Notes: generated from the letters alone by a model not told the origin. Shown: positions 1 to 9,675, counted from the stretch's first letter. The stretch is 64,000 bases of DNA from a virus (IMGVR_UViG_3300030103_005932:2628-66627); one strand, 5' to 3'. A program made the numbers and translations.

Positions 1-38
1 CCGAAATTCTCCACCTACATTATTCATTATATTACAGA

Positions 39-320
39 TTACCAAACCGTCAACCTCGCTGAATCTAAGGCGTGTTTTATGGCCGTCTGCCTGCCCTCTT
101 CTGTGTTTGGAGCCGTGTATCTGTAGGTCCAATCAATGCCGTCATCGCCATAATTGCCTCTAGGATACTTCTTGCCGTTAATTCTGACCAACCAACCCCT
201 TACCGCCACACAATCCATCTCGTCTGAATCTGGATGTCTTCTCTCCCAGTAGTCATTCTCCGTGTATTCTGTCTGAATCTTGAGTGGTAGTCCGTTGTTG
301 GCGATTGCTCTACTAATCAT
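39..320 (-). CDS. hypothetical phage protein
   Basis: 93-aa ORF in a run of coupled minus-strand genes. Confidence 0.7.
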   Translation of the reverse strand: MISRAIANNGLPLKIQTEYTENDYWERRHPDSDEMDCVAVRGWLVRINGKKYPRGNYGDDGIDWTYRYTAPNTEEGRQTAIKHALDSARLTVW

Positions 321-570
321 TCAAGTCCTTCAATTTATTGATTAAGTTTTTCTGTTCTTGGTCATAACTCATTGAATACCAGTGATATAACATTCCCAAA
401 GGCACCACTATCGCCACGATAGGTAAGAACCAATCTCTCATATCAAAAGCAATTAATATCTTTATGACAGCAATCATTATCAAAGTTATTGCCACTCCCT
501 TCAATATCCATTTGAAATTCTTTCTACCATCCCTGTATATTTCTTTCATGATCCATTGTACTCTGTTCAT
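313..570 (-). CDS. small membrane protein (2 TM)
   Basis: two hydrophobic stretches; AGGAGA RBS upstream. Confidence 0.75.
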   Translation of the reverse strand: MNRVQWIMKEIYRDGRKNFKWILKGVAITLIMIAVIKILIAFDMRDWFLPIVAIVVPLGMLYHWYSMSYDQEQKNLINKLKDLND

Positions 571-580
571 TTTTTCTCCT

Positions 581-811
581 TTAGTCTAATAAGACCATAT
601 ATTCTTTTGGATAATGTTTTTGAAACCACTCAATTCCTTTTTCTACGATATCAAAGTCCTCAATCATTTCTGCTCCTTTGATGCAATCGTACACCGCCAC
701 CGCTATCGGTTCCAACATAACTTTTTGGCCCGAAAATGGATTGGCAACTTCTACAGGTTTAGTGTCTATCACTTCAACCGGAAATGGTGGGTTAGGTTTT
801 AAAATATCCAT
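581..811 (-). CDS. hypothetical phage protein
   Basis: TAATG stop/start coupling; AGGAG RBS. Confidence 0.75.
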   Translation of the reverse strand: MDILKPNPPFPVEVIDTKPVEVANPFSGQKVMLEPIAVAVYDCIKGAEMIEDFDIVEKGIEWFQKHYPKEYMVLLD

Positions 812-1032
812 TATTGATTCTCCTGTTCTTGAATTGCCTGCGTCAACATATGGTTCAAGAATTCTCTGATGTTATATTCCAACTCTTGTTTTGAATTGTG
901 ATCATTTACCAACGGTATCATCACATTAGGATCTGGAAACACCTTGTCCTGCAACTGCTTCACAGACACCGCAAGGTAGATCAATAAAGCCAATATGGAT
1001 AGATTGATTACCAAGTTTATTTTATTTGTCAT
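811..1032 (-). CDS. hypothetical protein with N-terminal TM anchor
   Basis: hydrophobic N-terminus; TAATG coupling; AGGAG RBS. Confidence 0.75.
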   Translation of the reverse strand: MTNKINLVINLSILALLIYLAVSVKQLQDKVFPDPNVMIPLVNDHNSKQELEYNIREFLNHMLTQAIQEQENQ

Positions 1033-1463
1033 TAGTTCGCTCCTTTGCTTTGATCTTCATAAAATATTTTGACTCTATAACATCCATTTTTCTGTTCCTC
1101 TTTTATAAAGCCACCTAAACTTCTAATCGGATTATAAAGTTGGTCCAATTTTTCTTGTCTAGATTTAAGATTGAAATTATGATTTGACGGTTTCACGGTA
1201 TAGAAAGGTTTGCTTTGATTCTGCCTCGCCGTCACATAGATATCTGATTCGTCAATATCAAAAAAGTTAATCATGGCATCTCTTACCAAATCAACTCTTG
1301 CCAAAAAGTTCTTGTCTAGAAAAACCTTTGGATTGTTTTCAATTGCTTCATCGCTCTTATCAACCGCATCCAAGTACCAACCCAAAGATTGTTTTGGTGT
1401 AGATGCCTCCCTGTATCCGTTTGATGAAGCCAATTCTGGATCTTCTTTTCCTGGTCTATACAT
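1032..1463 (-). CDS. hypothetical phage protein
   Basis: 143-aa ORF, TAATG coupling. Confidence 0.75.
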   Translation of the reverse strand: MYRPGKEDPELASSNGYREASTPKQSLGWYLDAVDKSDEAIENNPKVFLDKNFLARVDLVRDAMINFFDIDESDIYVTARQNQSKPFYTVKPSNHNFNLKSRQEKLDQLYNPIRSLGGFIKEEQKNGCYRVKIFYEDQSKGAN

Positions 1464-1867
1464 TATTTCCCCCTCTTTGATTCTGCTTCAAGATTAAGAA
1501 TTGTATCAACTTCGTCTGGCATATTATTGAACATTTCTTCTTCAGCGAATTCTGACCAAATGCCCTTGTCTATATCATCCGGCATCATGCCTTCCTTACC
1601 AGAGTAGTCTGCATCTGAAAAAACAGGTGCTTCTCTATCTTCTGGAACGAAGTCAAAAGCGAACTCATCGCCTACGGCATACATATTCACGCCACCTTCG
1701 TTGTTGATTTGATCTTTGTAAAATGTTCTAATCACTTTATGGAAATGATCACACTCTTTTTCTTCATGTAATTTTACATAAAGAGTTCCGTGTACTATTT
1801 CACGTCTTTCTGTAAGACCTGTGTCTTTGGCAAATTCTAAAATTTGTTTTTCTATCTTTTTAAACAT
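1463..1867 (-). CDS. hypothetical early protein with acidic C-terminus
   Basis: AAGGAGTTGAAT RBS before ATG 1867; directly downstream of an early promoter. Confidence 0.75.
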   Translation of the reverse strand: MFKKIEKQILEFAKDTGLTERREIVHGTLYVKLHEEKECDHFHKVIRTFYKDQINNEGGVNMYAVGDEFAFDFVPEDREAPVFSDADYSGKEGMMPDDIDKGIWSEFAEEEMFNNMPDEVDTILNLEAESKRGK

Positions 1868-1899
1868 ATTCAACTCCTTTTGTTAATGTTTATAAATTC

Positions 1900-1960
1900 A
1901 GTATAACACGGATGGTAATTCCGTCAACCTGGCAAAAAGTCGCATAATATGGAAGGTTTT
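1900..1960 (-). promoter_or_regulatory. early sigma70-type promoter with conserved upstream motif
   Basis: AGG-TTGACG-16nt-TATACT with extended TG; upstream CTTCCATATTATGCGACTTTTT resembles the sequence upstream of the promoters at 10683 and 47736. Confidence 0.8.
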
Positions 1961-2928
1961 TAACCAATATTGTAAAATTCACTGATATTTTTGGCAAAAA
2001 CCTGGTTAAATTCACTGCCATTATGTACCCCATCCGAGGCCTTTGGGTAATCATCTGATCTCAAAAAAGGCATCATGTATTTTTTCAATGCCGTTTTTTC
2101 AAAAAGTTCGTTTTCACTTCTTTGATATGTTCCGAAATACAATTTGGTTCCGTGGATAGAGTCTATCCATTCCTTGAATTGGTCTGCCAAGACTGCCACC
2201 GAGTGTTCTTCGCCATGTAGGATAAGATCTTTGTTCTCTTGATCAAGTGTCATTACTTGTTTTACCTTTCCTTCTTTCAAAATTTGTCGTCTAAAAGTGT
2301 GAGGAAGATAGATCAATATCATATTGGCTGTGTAATTCTTGTTGAAATGTTCTACCAAAGATTTAATCTCGTTGATGTTGGAACCTATCACTCCGTAATT
2401 ACGGACGACCTTGCCTGTAAGATCCTGCAAGTGGGCAGGCCATGTCTCATTTTTTTCAAGACCCTTGCCATAGGTTTGGCTACAACCAAAACAGGCTATT
2501 TCACAATCCATAAATTCATCTCTCAATTTGATGTTATCTAAATCAACATCACCTTCCAAGTGTCTTTCAGGGAGAGTCAAACTCCAAACGCCATTCAGGT
2601 GCAGGTGATCTGTTTTGATTCTGGCATCCTCCACATATGGGTTTGCTCTTATTTCAAATTCTCCAAACTCCTTTGCCTTTAGATCTATACCATTTAGATT
2701 CACATTTTCTATATTAACTATCTGCTCGTGCCGGTTGTTCACCACTTCCAATGTCTTGCCTGTTTTCTCAATCTCCAAATGAAATTTTGTGAAATGTCCT
2801 AATTGATATTCTAAATCTAAATTCTTCGAAATGACATCATCAAACAACTGCTCTCCGCAACAGGTTATTTTACAATGAGGCGCCACTGAATCAAACACCG
2901 GCGATAATTTTAGCCTTAGGATGTTCAT
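1960..2928 (-). CDS. two-domain protein with C-terminal SGNH/GDSL-like domain
   Basis: FGCSQTYG, NYGVIGS and DGVH motifs. Confidence 0.6.
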   Translation of the reverse strand: MNILRLKLSPVFDSVAPHCKITCCGEQLFDDVISKNLDLEYQLGHFTKFHLEIEKTGKTLEVVNNRHEQIVNIENVNLNGIDLKAKEFGEFEIRANPYVEDARIKTDHLHLNGVWSLTLPERHLEGDVDLDNIKLRDEFMDCEIACFGCSQTYGKGLEKNETWPAHLQDLTGKVVRNYGVIGSNINEIKSLVEHFNKNYTANMILIYLPHTFRRQILKEGKVKQVMTLDQENKDLILHGEEHSVAVLADQFKEWIDSIHGTKLYFGTYQRSENELFEKTALKKYMMPFLRSDDYPKASDGVHNGSEFNQVFAKNISEFYNIG

Positions 2929-2932
2929 TCCT

Positions 2933-3109
2933 TTAACTAATCAATTTCTTGATAGTGTCTTCTATCTCCCAAACTTCTTGTTCCAACTCTATCATTCTGA
3001 CATGATTGCCTGAATATGATAATGTTTCTATCTTGTTATTCAGTTCTATCTTCTGTCGTTCTAGATCGGCGATCCTTAATTTGGTATCTGCTGTCATTGT
3101 TTCTACCAT
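2933..3109 (-). CDS. small coiled-coil protein (58 aa; not in ORF track)
   Basis: MVETMTADTKLRIADLERQKIELNNKIE...; GGAG RBS; fills the gap between genes. Confidence 0.6.
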   Translation of the reverse strand: MVETMTADTKLRIADLERQKIELNNKIETLSYSGNHVRMIELEQEVWEIEDTIKKLIS

Positions 3110-3333
3110 ATTTCCTCCACTTCTGACTCAATGTCTTCGTCTTCCCAACCAGTTAATTCCTCGTCGGCATATTGGCTGTTCTTGGCTCCACATCTCGTAC
3201 ACTTGTCGTCCTTCTCGTCCATAGGACCGTGTTCACAATCCATGCACCACCATTCATCCGCATAATCTCCTTTTGAGTCTTGCTTCTCCTCTTCAAGGTC
3301 TATGTTTGATAAAATGTTATCTAGTTCGTCCAT
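3103..3333 (-). CDS. small acidic zinc-ribbon protein
   Basis: CMDC...CTRC pairs, very D/E rich. Confidence 0.65.
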   Translation of the reverse strand: MDELDNILSNIDLEEEKQDSKGDYADEWWCMDCEHGPMDEKDDKCTRCGAKNSQYADEELTGWEDEDIESEVEEIW

Positions 3334-4622
3334 TATAGTTTCTCCCCTGGTTCAAAGCCTCTGAATCTTAAGAACCTTGGAAACCTGAGGCTCCATTCAT
3401 TTGAGGTGTCCTGGTTCTGTGTTATGGCATCTGCCCTAACTTCTACTATCTGGCCAATCAACTTGTCCTTGGCCTTCCAAAATGTTTCTCGGTCTGCGTC
3501 TGTGAGACCAGAGCCAACATTGGTCTTGATAAACTTATCCATGTCTGTACCCTCAACTATCAGGGCACCCAGTTTGCCTACATTCCGGCCTGTGCCTTCT
3601 TCTGTGTCTACAACTTTCAAAGACACTTCGATGAATGGCTTCACCTTCAACCAAAGGCTAGACCTTTTACATTCATAGATACCTGTTATTGGCTTCACCA
3701 TTATACCTTCAAAGCCTTTGTCTATACATAATTTGTTATAATCTGCGAACTGCTTCTGCCCGTCATCCTCACTCAAATTCATTTTCACAACTTCAACCTT
3801 TGAAATGTTAGGACCATATTCATATCCGTCTAACCATTCCTTTCTTTGACCCAAAGTGTTATTTGATCCACCCTCTTTGAAATGTTCAAGTGGTAGACAA
3901 TCAAATAGGTTAAGAACCGCATCATCTGTCTTTGCTCCGCCTTTTCTGTGTATCTCTCTCATAAGAGTTTGGAAGTCATCACTCATGACCTCTCCATCAA
4001 ACACCATAGACTCTGACATTTGGTCTAGCATTGAATCAAATTGTTCTAGTATCTTTGGAAAGTTATTCAATTCTTTGCCGTTCCTACTGAACATCTTCAC
4101 TTCATCTTTGTCCACATCACAGATGGTTATCACTCTAACTCCATCCAGTTTTGGTTCAACGATTACTTCTCCCGTCATTTTCTTTTCGTGCTTCTTGGAA
4201 TCATCTGCCAACATACACTCAAACACAGGAACCTTCATTGTTGAATGTTTATTGATTGTCTTATGGGTCACTCCACATCTCAAATCCTTTATTAATATCC
4301 TACGATACCAATCATTCCACTCTTCCATTTTAGATAGATCACATAGGTCTTGAATCACATCTCGCATTTCATTTCCTGTTAAAGTTCTATCTTCTAATTT
4401 TCTCAAAATATCATCAAACTCTTCCTGTCTTATCCCTGGCCCATCTTTCTTTGAAGTAGGAACCTTCTGTATTCCAAAAGTCCTAAAGCCATCTAAACAG
4501 GCACCAACACCGTTGAAGAATCTTATGTTCTCCGCATCGGACTCTCGTCTGATGATCGCTTCTTTCTTCAATCGGCTGTTATCCGATTCAAGTTCTTGTA
4601 TGACTTTCCAAGGTTTCATCAT
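3333..4622 (-). CDS. lig: ATP-dependent DNA ligase
   Basis: motif I EPKLDGVR, FDGE, EGIMVK, WLKVK, VGSG, SLRFPRF. Confidence 0.97.
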   Translation of the reverse strand: MMKPWKVIQELESDNSRLKKEAIIRRESDAENIRFFNGVGACLDGFRTFGIQKVPTSKKDGPGIRQEEFDDILRKLEDRTLTGNEMRDVIQDLCDLSKMEEWNDWYRRILIKDLRCGVTHKTINKHSTMKVPVFECMLADDSKKHEKKMTGEVIVEPKLDGVRVITICDVDKDEVKMFSRNGKELNNFPKILEQFDSMLDQMSESMVFDGEVMSDDFQTLMREIHRKGGAKTDDAVLNLFDCLPLEHFKEGGSNNTLGQRKEWLDGYEYGPNISKVEVVKMNLSEDDGQKQFADYNKLCIDKGFEGIMVKPITGIYECKRSSLWLKVKPFIEVSLKVVDTEEGTGRNVGKLGALIVEGTDMDKFIKTNVGSGLTDADRETFWKAKDKLIGQIVEVRADAITQNQDTSNEWSLRFPRFLRFRGFEPGEKL

Positions 4623-4747
4623 ATGATCTTCACCAATATTATAATTTGTAATACGATTATCACAACTGGTAAGATCGTTCTTATCAATTCCATTGTGTGA
4701 TTGTATTCGTCCAACTTTCTTTCTAATCTATTTCTTTTCTTTTTCAT
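4619..4747 (-). CDS. small basic membrane protein (42 aa; not in ORF track)
   Basis: MKKKRNRLERKLDEYNHTMELIRTILPVVIIVLQIIILVKII; ATGA overlap with ligase. Confidence 0.55.
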   Translation of the reverse strand: MKKKRNRLERKLDEYNHTMELIRTILPVVIIVLQIIILVKII

Positions 4748-4776
4748 AATTTAAACTAACATCCTTTCTATATTCG

Positions 4777-5073
4777 TCAACCTCTCCTCATCTTGCTGAT
4801 TTCTTTGGCATCTTGCTCATCCCATACCGGTACAAGGTTGCTCTTGTGGAGCATTCCGATGCCGATCAATTTCCGTTCTCCCGAGTATGTGAAAGCCTGT
4901 TTCTTACCACCTGTGAACACCGGAATCTTGTCTCCCGTGGGTACGCCATTCCTGTTGCCTCCACCATCAAAAACGAAAGTGCCTCTGGACTTTCTTTTCT
5001 TGATCTTGTCTATGCCCAATCGCTTTAGGTATAGGTTGTAGTCTGCCAATGCTTTTTTAAGACTCGCTCTCAT
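4777..5073 (-). CDS. conserved phage protein (YSGERKL-GIG-HKSNLVPV family); paralog of 48902-49264
   Basis: C-terminal ~50 aa nearly identical to the ORF at 48902. Confidence 0.75.
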   Translation of the reverse strand: MRASLKKALADYNLYLKRLGIDKIKKRKSRGTFVFDGGGNRNGVPTGDKIPVFTGGKKQAFTYSGERKLIGIGMLHKSNLVPVWDEQDAKEISKMRRG

Positions 5074-5660
5074 TATTTGTCCTTCATAAATCTGTGATTG
5101 CCTATCATAGCCGTCTCACTATAAACCGCCCCCCAACTTGGGTTCGCGATGTGTGGGTTATAGTAGAAGACAGCGCCGTCTGTTGGATCATTAGTGTAAT
5201 CTCCATTCATAATGAATAAAGCGACATGGATAGAATCCCTCCAAGCCGTCATGTTAGACTCTATCACTTCACCGTTCATATAGGTTGCCCAAATTATGTC
5301 CTTCTGTCCATCGCACCACCAACTGAACTGGCATCTGTTCTTGATTGGATAGTATTTTCTTTCGCTGTCGGGTAGGTCCTTATGCTGTCTAGTCTTCCAA
5401 CTCTCCCTAACAGGTCCTTGATGCACCACTCCACATATAGTATCTGGAAATCTGTCATCTTCAATTCTGTTCATAACCACATGGCCTATCGCAATCTTAC
5501 CTATCATTGGTTCTGCTCTACCTTCAAAGTAGATGTTCTCTGCCATACATTTTAATTCTGCCTCGTTCACACTCACGCCTGTCTCAACTTCATAGGACAT
5601 AGCAAGGGAGGCCATGACCGCCCTCGCTGATTGCAATACGAATTCCAATGTCCCTTGCAT
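5073..5660 (-). CDS. SleB-like cell wall hydrolase (Hydrolase_2)
   Basis: CMAENIYFEGRAE, VVMNR, FPDTICGVV, CQFSW, GAVFYY, IGNHRF. Confidence 0.92.
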   Translation of the reverse strand: MQGTLEFVLQSARAVMASLAMSYEVETGVSVNEAELKCMAENIYFEGRAEPMIGKIAIGHVVMNRIEDDRFPDTICGVVHQGPVRESWKTRQHKDLPDSERKYYPIKNRCQFSWWCDGQKDIIWATYMNGEVIESNMTAWRDSIHVALFIMNGDYTNDPTDGAVFYYNPHIANPSWGAVYSETAMIGNHRFMKDK

Positions 5661-6064
5661 TAGTCGGCTCTGCTTTCTGCATAGACCGTCATGCCATATT
5701 TTCTTAATTCATCTCTGAATGCCTCACAGGCTTCTTCTTTGATGCTCATTGATTGAGTAGATCTGTATTGGTGATCGTTTGGCATAATATCATAATAAGA
5801 TATTCTGTATCCACCACCATATCCTGTAGAACCTATGTCTGCTTTCTTCATGAAAGAAACAAATCTACCCCTAGCAGGATGAATTGAAACATTGGCGAAA
5901 CCACAATACATTGGTTCACCGTGTTTGGCTACAAAATCATCAACAGCCTTGATGGCAACTTTTCTCGCATTCAAGAACATATCTGCTGGATGAACTCCTT
6001 CTGCATTAAACTTCAAAAGGTCTTTGTTTTCGTCTATTGTTTTTTGCATTTTCAACTCCTTCAT
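5660..6064 (-). CDS. conserved hypothetical early phage protein
   Basis: CGFANV and QSMSIKE motifs; SD-led start at 6049, alternative upstream ATG at 6064. Confidence 0.75.
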   Translation of the reverse strand: MKELKMQKTIDENKDLLKFNAEGVHPADMFLNARKVAIKAVDDFVAKHGEPMYCGFANVSIHPARGRFVSFMKKADIGSTGYGGGYRISYYDIMPNDHQYRSTQSMSIKEEACEAFRDELRKYGMTVYAESRAD

Positions 6065-6073
6065 TTATAATAG

Positions 6074-6104
6074 ATAATAACATGGATACCCATACGGTCA
6101 ACCT
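6074..6104 (-). promoter_or_regulatory. early sigma70-type promoter
   Basis: AGG-TTGACC-16nt-TATTAT with extended TG. Confidence 0.8.
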
Positions 6105-6112
6105 CAGAATGG

Positions 6113-6157
6113 CACTATATCTAGTATCGACCTTTTTTCTTGGCACTAGATCTAGTG
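6113..6157. promoter_or_regulatory. tandem NrdR-box-like operator pair
   Basis: CACTATATCTAGTA (6113) and CACTAGATCTAGTG (6144), 31 bp apart, just upstream of the -35. Confidence 0.7.
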
Positions 6158-6525
6158 GTTTTTCGCGGTGCCCTATCGTAGTCTATCCATAATTCTCTTA
6201 ATTTTTGGCGTATTTCCTCTGGCGGTCCACCTTGCTCATCTATCCATGCCCTTAATATCTTAAATCCTCTGTCATAATCTGCTGGTTGGTTCACGACAGC
6301 ACCTTTTGGACCTAGAGGCAATGTCTTTGAAAAGTCATCTTTCTCTTCTGGTAATTGCTTGGCTTTGATAACCACTTTGCCTTCTAATTGATTCTTAATG
6401 TGATCTATGTCAAATGCTACAACTCTGGTAGGCTTCCGCGAACCTTTAATCCACACCTGCCACACGAATGGACCTATAGGTCCTTTAGGCATTCCGCCAT
6501 TCCAAGTATCATTCTTTTTGGGCAT
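6121..6525 (-). CDS. hypothetical phage protein
   Basis: AAGGAGG RBS; 134 aa. Confidence 0.75.
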   Translation of the reverse strand: MPKKNDTWNGGMPKGPIGPFVWQVWIKGSRKPTRVVAFDIDHIKNQLEGKVVIKAKQLPEEKDDFSKTLPLGPKGAVVNQPADYDRGFKILRAWIDEQGGPPEEIRQKLRELWIDYDRAPRKTTRSSAKKKGRY

Positions 6526-6647
6526 CTGCCCCTCCTTATATGTTTAATTCTATGAATCCTATAGCGAATAAGAACACCACAATTGGTCCTACCGTATAAG
6601 AAGCGAATATCATTGCATCACCAATTGATAATGCGACTGCCTTCACT

Positions 6648-6887
6648 CTAGCCACTTAATCTCCTCTCTTCTTCTTCCATTCTGTAATTGGCTTCTCCGG
6701 CAGGTGTTCTCCAAATGTTAAAAATTTGAACTCCTCTGCCTTTGAAGTCCTTGTAGAATTCTTTCAGTACCCTGTGAAACGGAGTAGGTGTATCCACTTC
6801 AACCAAAGTGTATCCACGAGTCATCGCCTCATCTTTGAGGTAGTCACCCTTCTCCTTTAGGAATCTATATTGGATATGTACCGACAC
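6648..6887 (-). CDS. hypothetical phage protein
   Basis: TAGTG coupling to upstream gene. Confidence 0.7.
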   Translation of the reverse strand: MSVHIQYRFLKEKGDYLKDEAMTRGYTLVEVDTPTPFHRVLKEFYKDFKGRGVQIFNIWRTPAGEANYRMEEEERRLSG

Positions 6888-7438
6888 TAGGCAACCTTCT
6901 TTCTTTTTTCGTTTTCATTCATCATTTCCAAATGTCTCTTCAAGATGTCGATGTGTTCAAGTATCGCATATCTCTCCAAAGGTTTGAACTCCTTGTCAAA
7001 AACTTCTTTGCCTTCTGATGTGTATCTGCTTTCAACATAGAACCAACTCATCTTAGGTTTGCCCAAAAAGTTTGTTTCACCTGCATCTTTCATTAGGTAG
7101 ACATATTGTTCTCCAGAGTTGAAACCGTTCTCAATGTAATCGGCTTCATCTTTGTAGACTTTATATCCACAGCCTTTCTCACCTCTGTCTCTTCCGTAAT
7201 AGCAATTCTGCACCTCATACATCGGATTAGACCTGTCATCAAAGTCTATCTGGTCTCCCACGATGTAATGCCATTTGGATGAGTCACCCAATTTGATTGC
7301 TTCAGTGACCTTTTTAGAGTCTTCCCAATGTTCACAAAGGTTGTATCCTAGTCCTCCTGGATAACCGTCCCAATGTTGGTAAGACGCAATTATTCTTCCG
7401 CTCTTCTGTTTTATACCTATCCTCGCTCTAGTGGCCAT
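6887..7438 (-). CDS. conserved phage protein (MATR-IG...YxHWDGYP family)
   Basis: characteristic MATRARIG / YQHWDGYP / YYGRDRGE motifs. Confidence 0.8.
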   Translation of the reverse strand: MATRARIGIKQKSGRIIASYQHWDGYPGGLGYNLCEHWEDSKKVTEAIKLGDSSKWHYIVGDQIDFDDRSNPMYEVQNCYYGRDRGEKGCGYKVYKDEADYIENGFNSGEQYVYLMKDAGETNFLGKPKMSWFYVESRYTSEGKEVFDKEFKPLERYAILEHIDILKRHLEMMNENEKRKKVA

Positions 7439-7803
7439 TATTTTCCTCCCGTTGCCTTGTTTAAGTTCTTGTTGATTAAATGTTGATCCCTAGCATCTGG
7501 AAAAGGCATTGGAATTTCCTCTCTGCCTTGATGCTTATCCTCGCTCAACTCTTCGGCCGTCTTTGGTTCAACCTTGTAAGGCTTCTTGCCCTCTTCTCTT
7601 TCACTCTTGCTAGGTTCTACCCAAATTTCAGGATCACGGATAACTTTCATTCCGTGAATCTCCAAAACTCTTGCCATGTTCTCCACAGCCTCTAATCTGT
7701 TAGTCCTTGTTGGAAAGTCTTTATCAGACAAATCTAACTTGATGTCTTCAAACAATCTAAACAATTCTTCTACTTCTTGTTGATCTAGGTGTGTTTTTGA
7801 CAT
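7438..7803 (-). CDS. hypothetical phage protein
   Basis: AAGGAGG RBS, TAATG coupling. Confidence 0.75.
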   Translation of the reverse strand: MSKTHLDQQEVEELFRLFEDIKLDLSDKDFPTRTNRLEAVENMARVLEIHGMKVIRDPEIWVEPSKSEREEGKKPYKVEPKTAEELSEDKHQGREEIPMPFPDARDQHLINKNLNKATGGK

Positions 7804-8195
7804 TAAGCAACCTCCTTAATCTCTTCTTTAGCAGGCCACCAGTCAATACCATTGTCTGAATATTGCCAAGTACCTTTCATGAATAAGAATAAATGACCAA
7901 CATTTTTTCTCATGAATTCTTTATTCCAAGATAAATTAGATTCAATAACATCACCAAATCCATCAACATACCAATAGTCGTCTTTTCTAAAACTTGGTAC
8001 CAATGCTGGTGAGTCAACTGCCTTAATGGCATCTTCTTTAGTTGGATATTTTTCTAATAAAATCTTAGCCATGTCTTCTGGCTTGATCTTCCAACTTGTT
8101 TCTACGGCAACCACATTGTCCGATCTGTCAATGTATCCTACCATAATCGCGTGTTTATTTTTATAGTCTATTTTTTGCATTTTCAACTCCTTCAT
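7803..8195 (-). CDS. hypothetical early protein
   Basis: SD-led start at 8180; 5' end ATGAAGGAGTTGAAAATGCAAAAA identical to the gene at 6064. Confidence 0.75.
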   Translation of the reverse strand: MKELKMQKIDYKNKHAIMVGYIDRSDNVVAVETSWKIKPEDMAKILLEKYPTKEDAIKAVDSPALVPSFRKDDYWYVDGFGDVIESNLSWNKEFMRKNVGHLFLFMKGTWQYSDNGIDWWPAKEEIKEVA

Positions 8196-8204
8196 TTATT
8201 CTTA

Positions 8205-8235
8205 ATAATAACATAGGTGGTAAAAGCGTCAACCT
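8205..8235 (-). promoter_or_regulatory. early sigma70-type promoter
   Basis: AGG-TTGACG-16nt-TATTAT with extended TG. Confidence 0.8.
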
Positions 8236-8244
8236 ACCAAAAAC

Positions 8245-8289
8245 CACAACATCTAGTGTCACAACTTGTGGTCGACACAAGATATAGTG
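8245..8289. promoter_or_regulatory. tandem NrdR-box-like operator pair
   Basis: CACAACATCTAGTG (8245) and CACAAGATATAGTG (8276), 31 bp apart, intergenic, just upstream of the -35. Confidence 0.72.
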
Positions 8290-8299
8290 CCATTTTAAA

Positions 8300-8554
8300 C
8301 TATCGTTCATATATGGCAAACCTATCTGCGAATTTTCTATGACAAAAAGCGGATGGTCTCCTGTATCCTCCCCAAGACCTTCCACGATACTTCTTCCTTA
8401 TCTTGACGACCTTTGCCAATCTACTCGCCATTTGGTGATTCTCCAAACTATTTGGAATATCTTTGGCAAAGGCCGATTCATTACAAGGAGCCTTATATTG
8501 ATCTAGCCAAACCTGTATGTCTTTGGGTAGGCAGAATTTTAATAGTCTATCCAT
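8300..8554 (-). CDS. hypothetical basic protein
   Basis: 84 aa, GGAG RBS, overlaps upstream gene. Confidence 0.7.
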   Translation of the reverse strand: MDRLLKFCLPKDIQVWLDQYKAPCNESAFAKDIPNSLENHQMASRLAKVVKIRKKYRGRSWGGYRRPSAFCHRKFADRFAIYER

Positions 8555-9236
8555 CTAATTTTTCTCCACAAGCGACATAGAAACTAGAACTCTTACCGGT
8601 GCTGTCTTCTTCTAGATAGTACACTTCACCGTCATATTCTACTTCATTGAAAACCCGGAATCCGTCTGCATTCACATATGATATCTTCAATTTGTCCATC
8701 TCAATACCGTCTGGACCTGTCTTAATGATGTCTGGTGTGTGCCATCCACCTTTGTTGAAATACTGACCGAACACATAATATTCATTCTCACAACTTTTTG
8801 AACTTACATGATGTTCTTCTGAACAGACAACTTCTGCTCCTAGGCTTTCAAAGTCCCCAAAGTCGTGTTGGATGTCTGCTACGAAGCCACCGTCCTCGTT
8901 CTCCAACGGCTTGCCATCCTTGTCTATTTCTTCGATATACATCGTCTGCGAGTCTTCCCATTCAGGTCCACTCATGTGACAGATGTTATTGTATTCGTAG
9001 AATGGTTGATCAAATTGTGCCCTCTTGGGTATCTCCTTGTTGGCATCATCGGGGTTGAAGTCCACCTGACCCATGTACTCTTCAAAACCATCGTTGTCTG
9101 ACCAATAGTCCCATTGGTCTTTGGTTATGGTTCCCATCGCAACTTCGCCACCGTACCTACTGAAGTTCAATCTGAAGTACCTGACGGGATTCTTGATAGT
9201 CTTAATCAATTTCCGTTTCTGTTCTATCGTTGCCAT
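8547..9236 (-). CDS. hypothetical acidic phage protein
   Basis: 229-aa ORF, TAATG coupling. Confidence 0.8.
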   Translation of the reverse strand: MATIEQKRKLIKTIKNPVRYFRLNFSRYGGEVAMGTITKDQWDYWSDNDGFEEYMGQVDFNPDDANKEIPKRAQFDQPFYEYNNICHMSGPEWEDSQTMYIEEIDKDGKPLENEDGGFVADIQHDFGDFESLGAEVVCSEEHHVSSKSCENEYYVFGQYFNKGGWHTPDIIKTGPDGIEMDKLKISYVNADGFRVFNEVEYDGEVYYLEEDSTGKSSSFYVACGEKLDG

Positions 9237-9517
9237 TAGTCGTTATGCTTATTCAAAAAATGTCCAAGGTGATCCGGTTCCCTGTCCTTTGCAGGAGTGT
9301 GACCAAGATAATTGTATCCTTCGTTCACTACCTTTGCCTGTCCATTGCCTGTGTTCAATACCCAACCCATTGGGCCTATCATCACAGCCTTCCCTTTGCA
9401 GGTCTGTCCTTGTTCGTTCTCGTACCAGACTCTGTCGCCTTTCTGTATCTCGTCAAACAACTCGTCCTCCCACGGTGTTGACAAATAATGATCTTCCTCT
9501 TCTTGTGTCCAAACCAT
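9236..9517 (-). CDS. hypothetical protein, possible SH3/KOW-like fold
   Basis: IQKGDRVW motif; GGAGG RBS. Confidence 0.7.
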   Translation of the reverse strand: MVWTQEEEDHYLSTPWEDELFDEIQKGDRVWYENEQGQTCKGKAVMIGPMGWVLNTGNGQAKVVNEGYNYLGHTPAKDREPDHLGHFLNKHND

Positions 9518-9675
9518 TATATTTCCTCCGCCGTTGTTTCAACTTCGTCACCACCCCATAAAGGTTCTCCCCAATCGCCACCGTCTGCTTCAGCGATCGC
9601 ATCTTCCTTCGTTGGTGCTTCTATTATCTGTTCGTAGGTGTCTAACCAAGTCATCTTTACTTTAAATTTAGGCAT
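9517..9675 (-). CDS. small acidic protein (52 aa; not in ORF track)
   Basis: MPKFKVKMTWLDTYEQIIEAPTKEDAIAEA...; GGAGG RBS; TAATG coupling at both ends. Confidence 0.7.
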   Translation of the reverse strand: MPKFKVKMTWLDTYEQIIEAPTKEDAIAEADGGDWGEPLWGGDEVETTAEEI

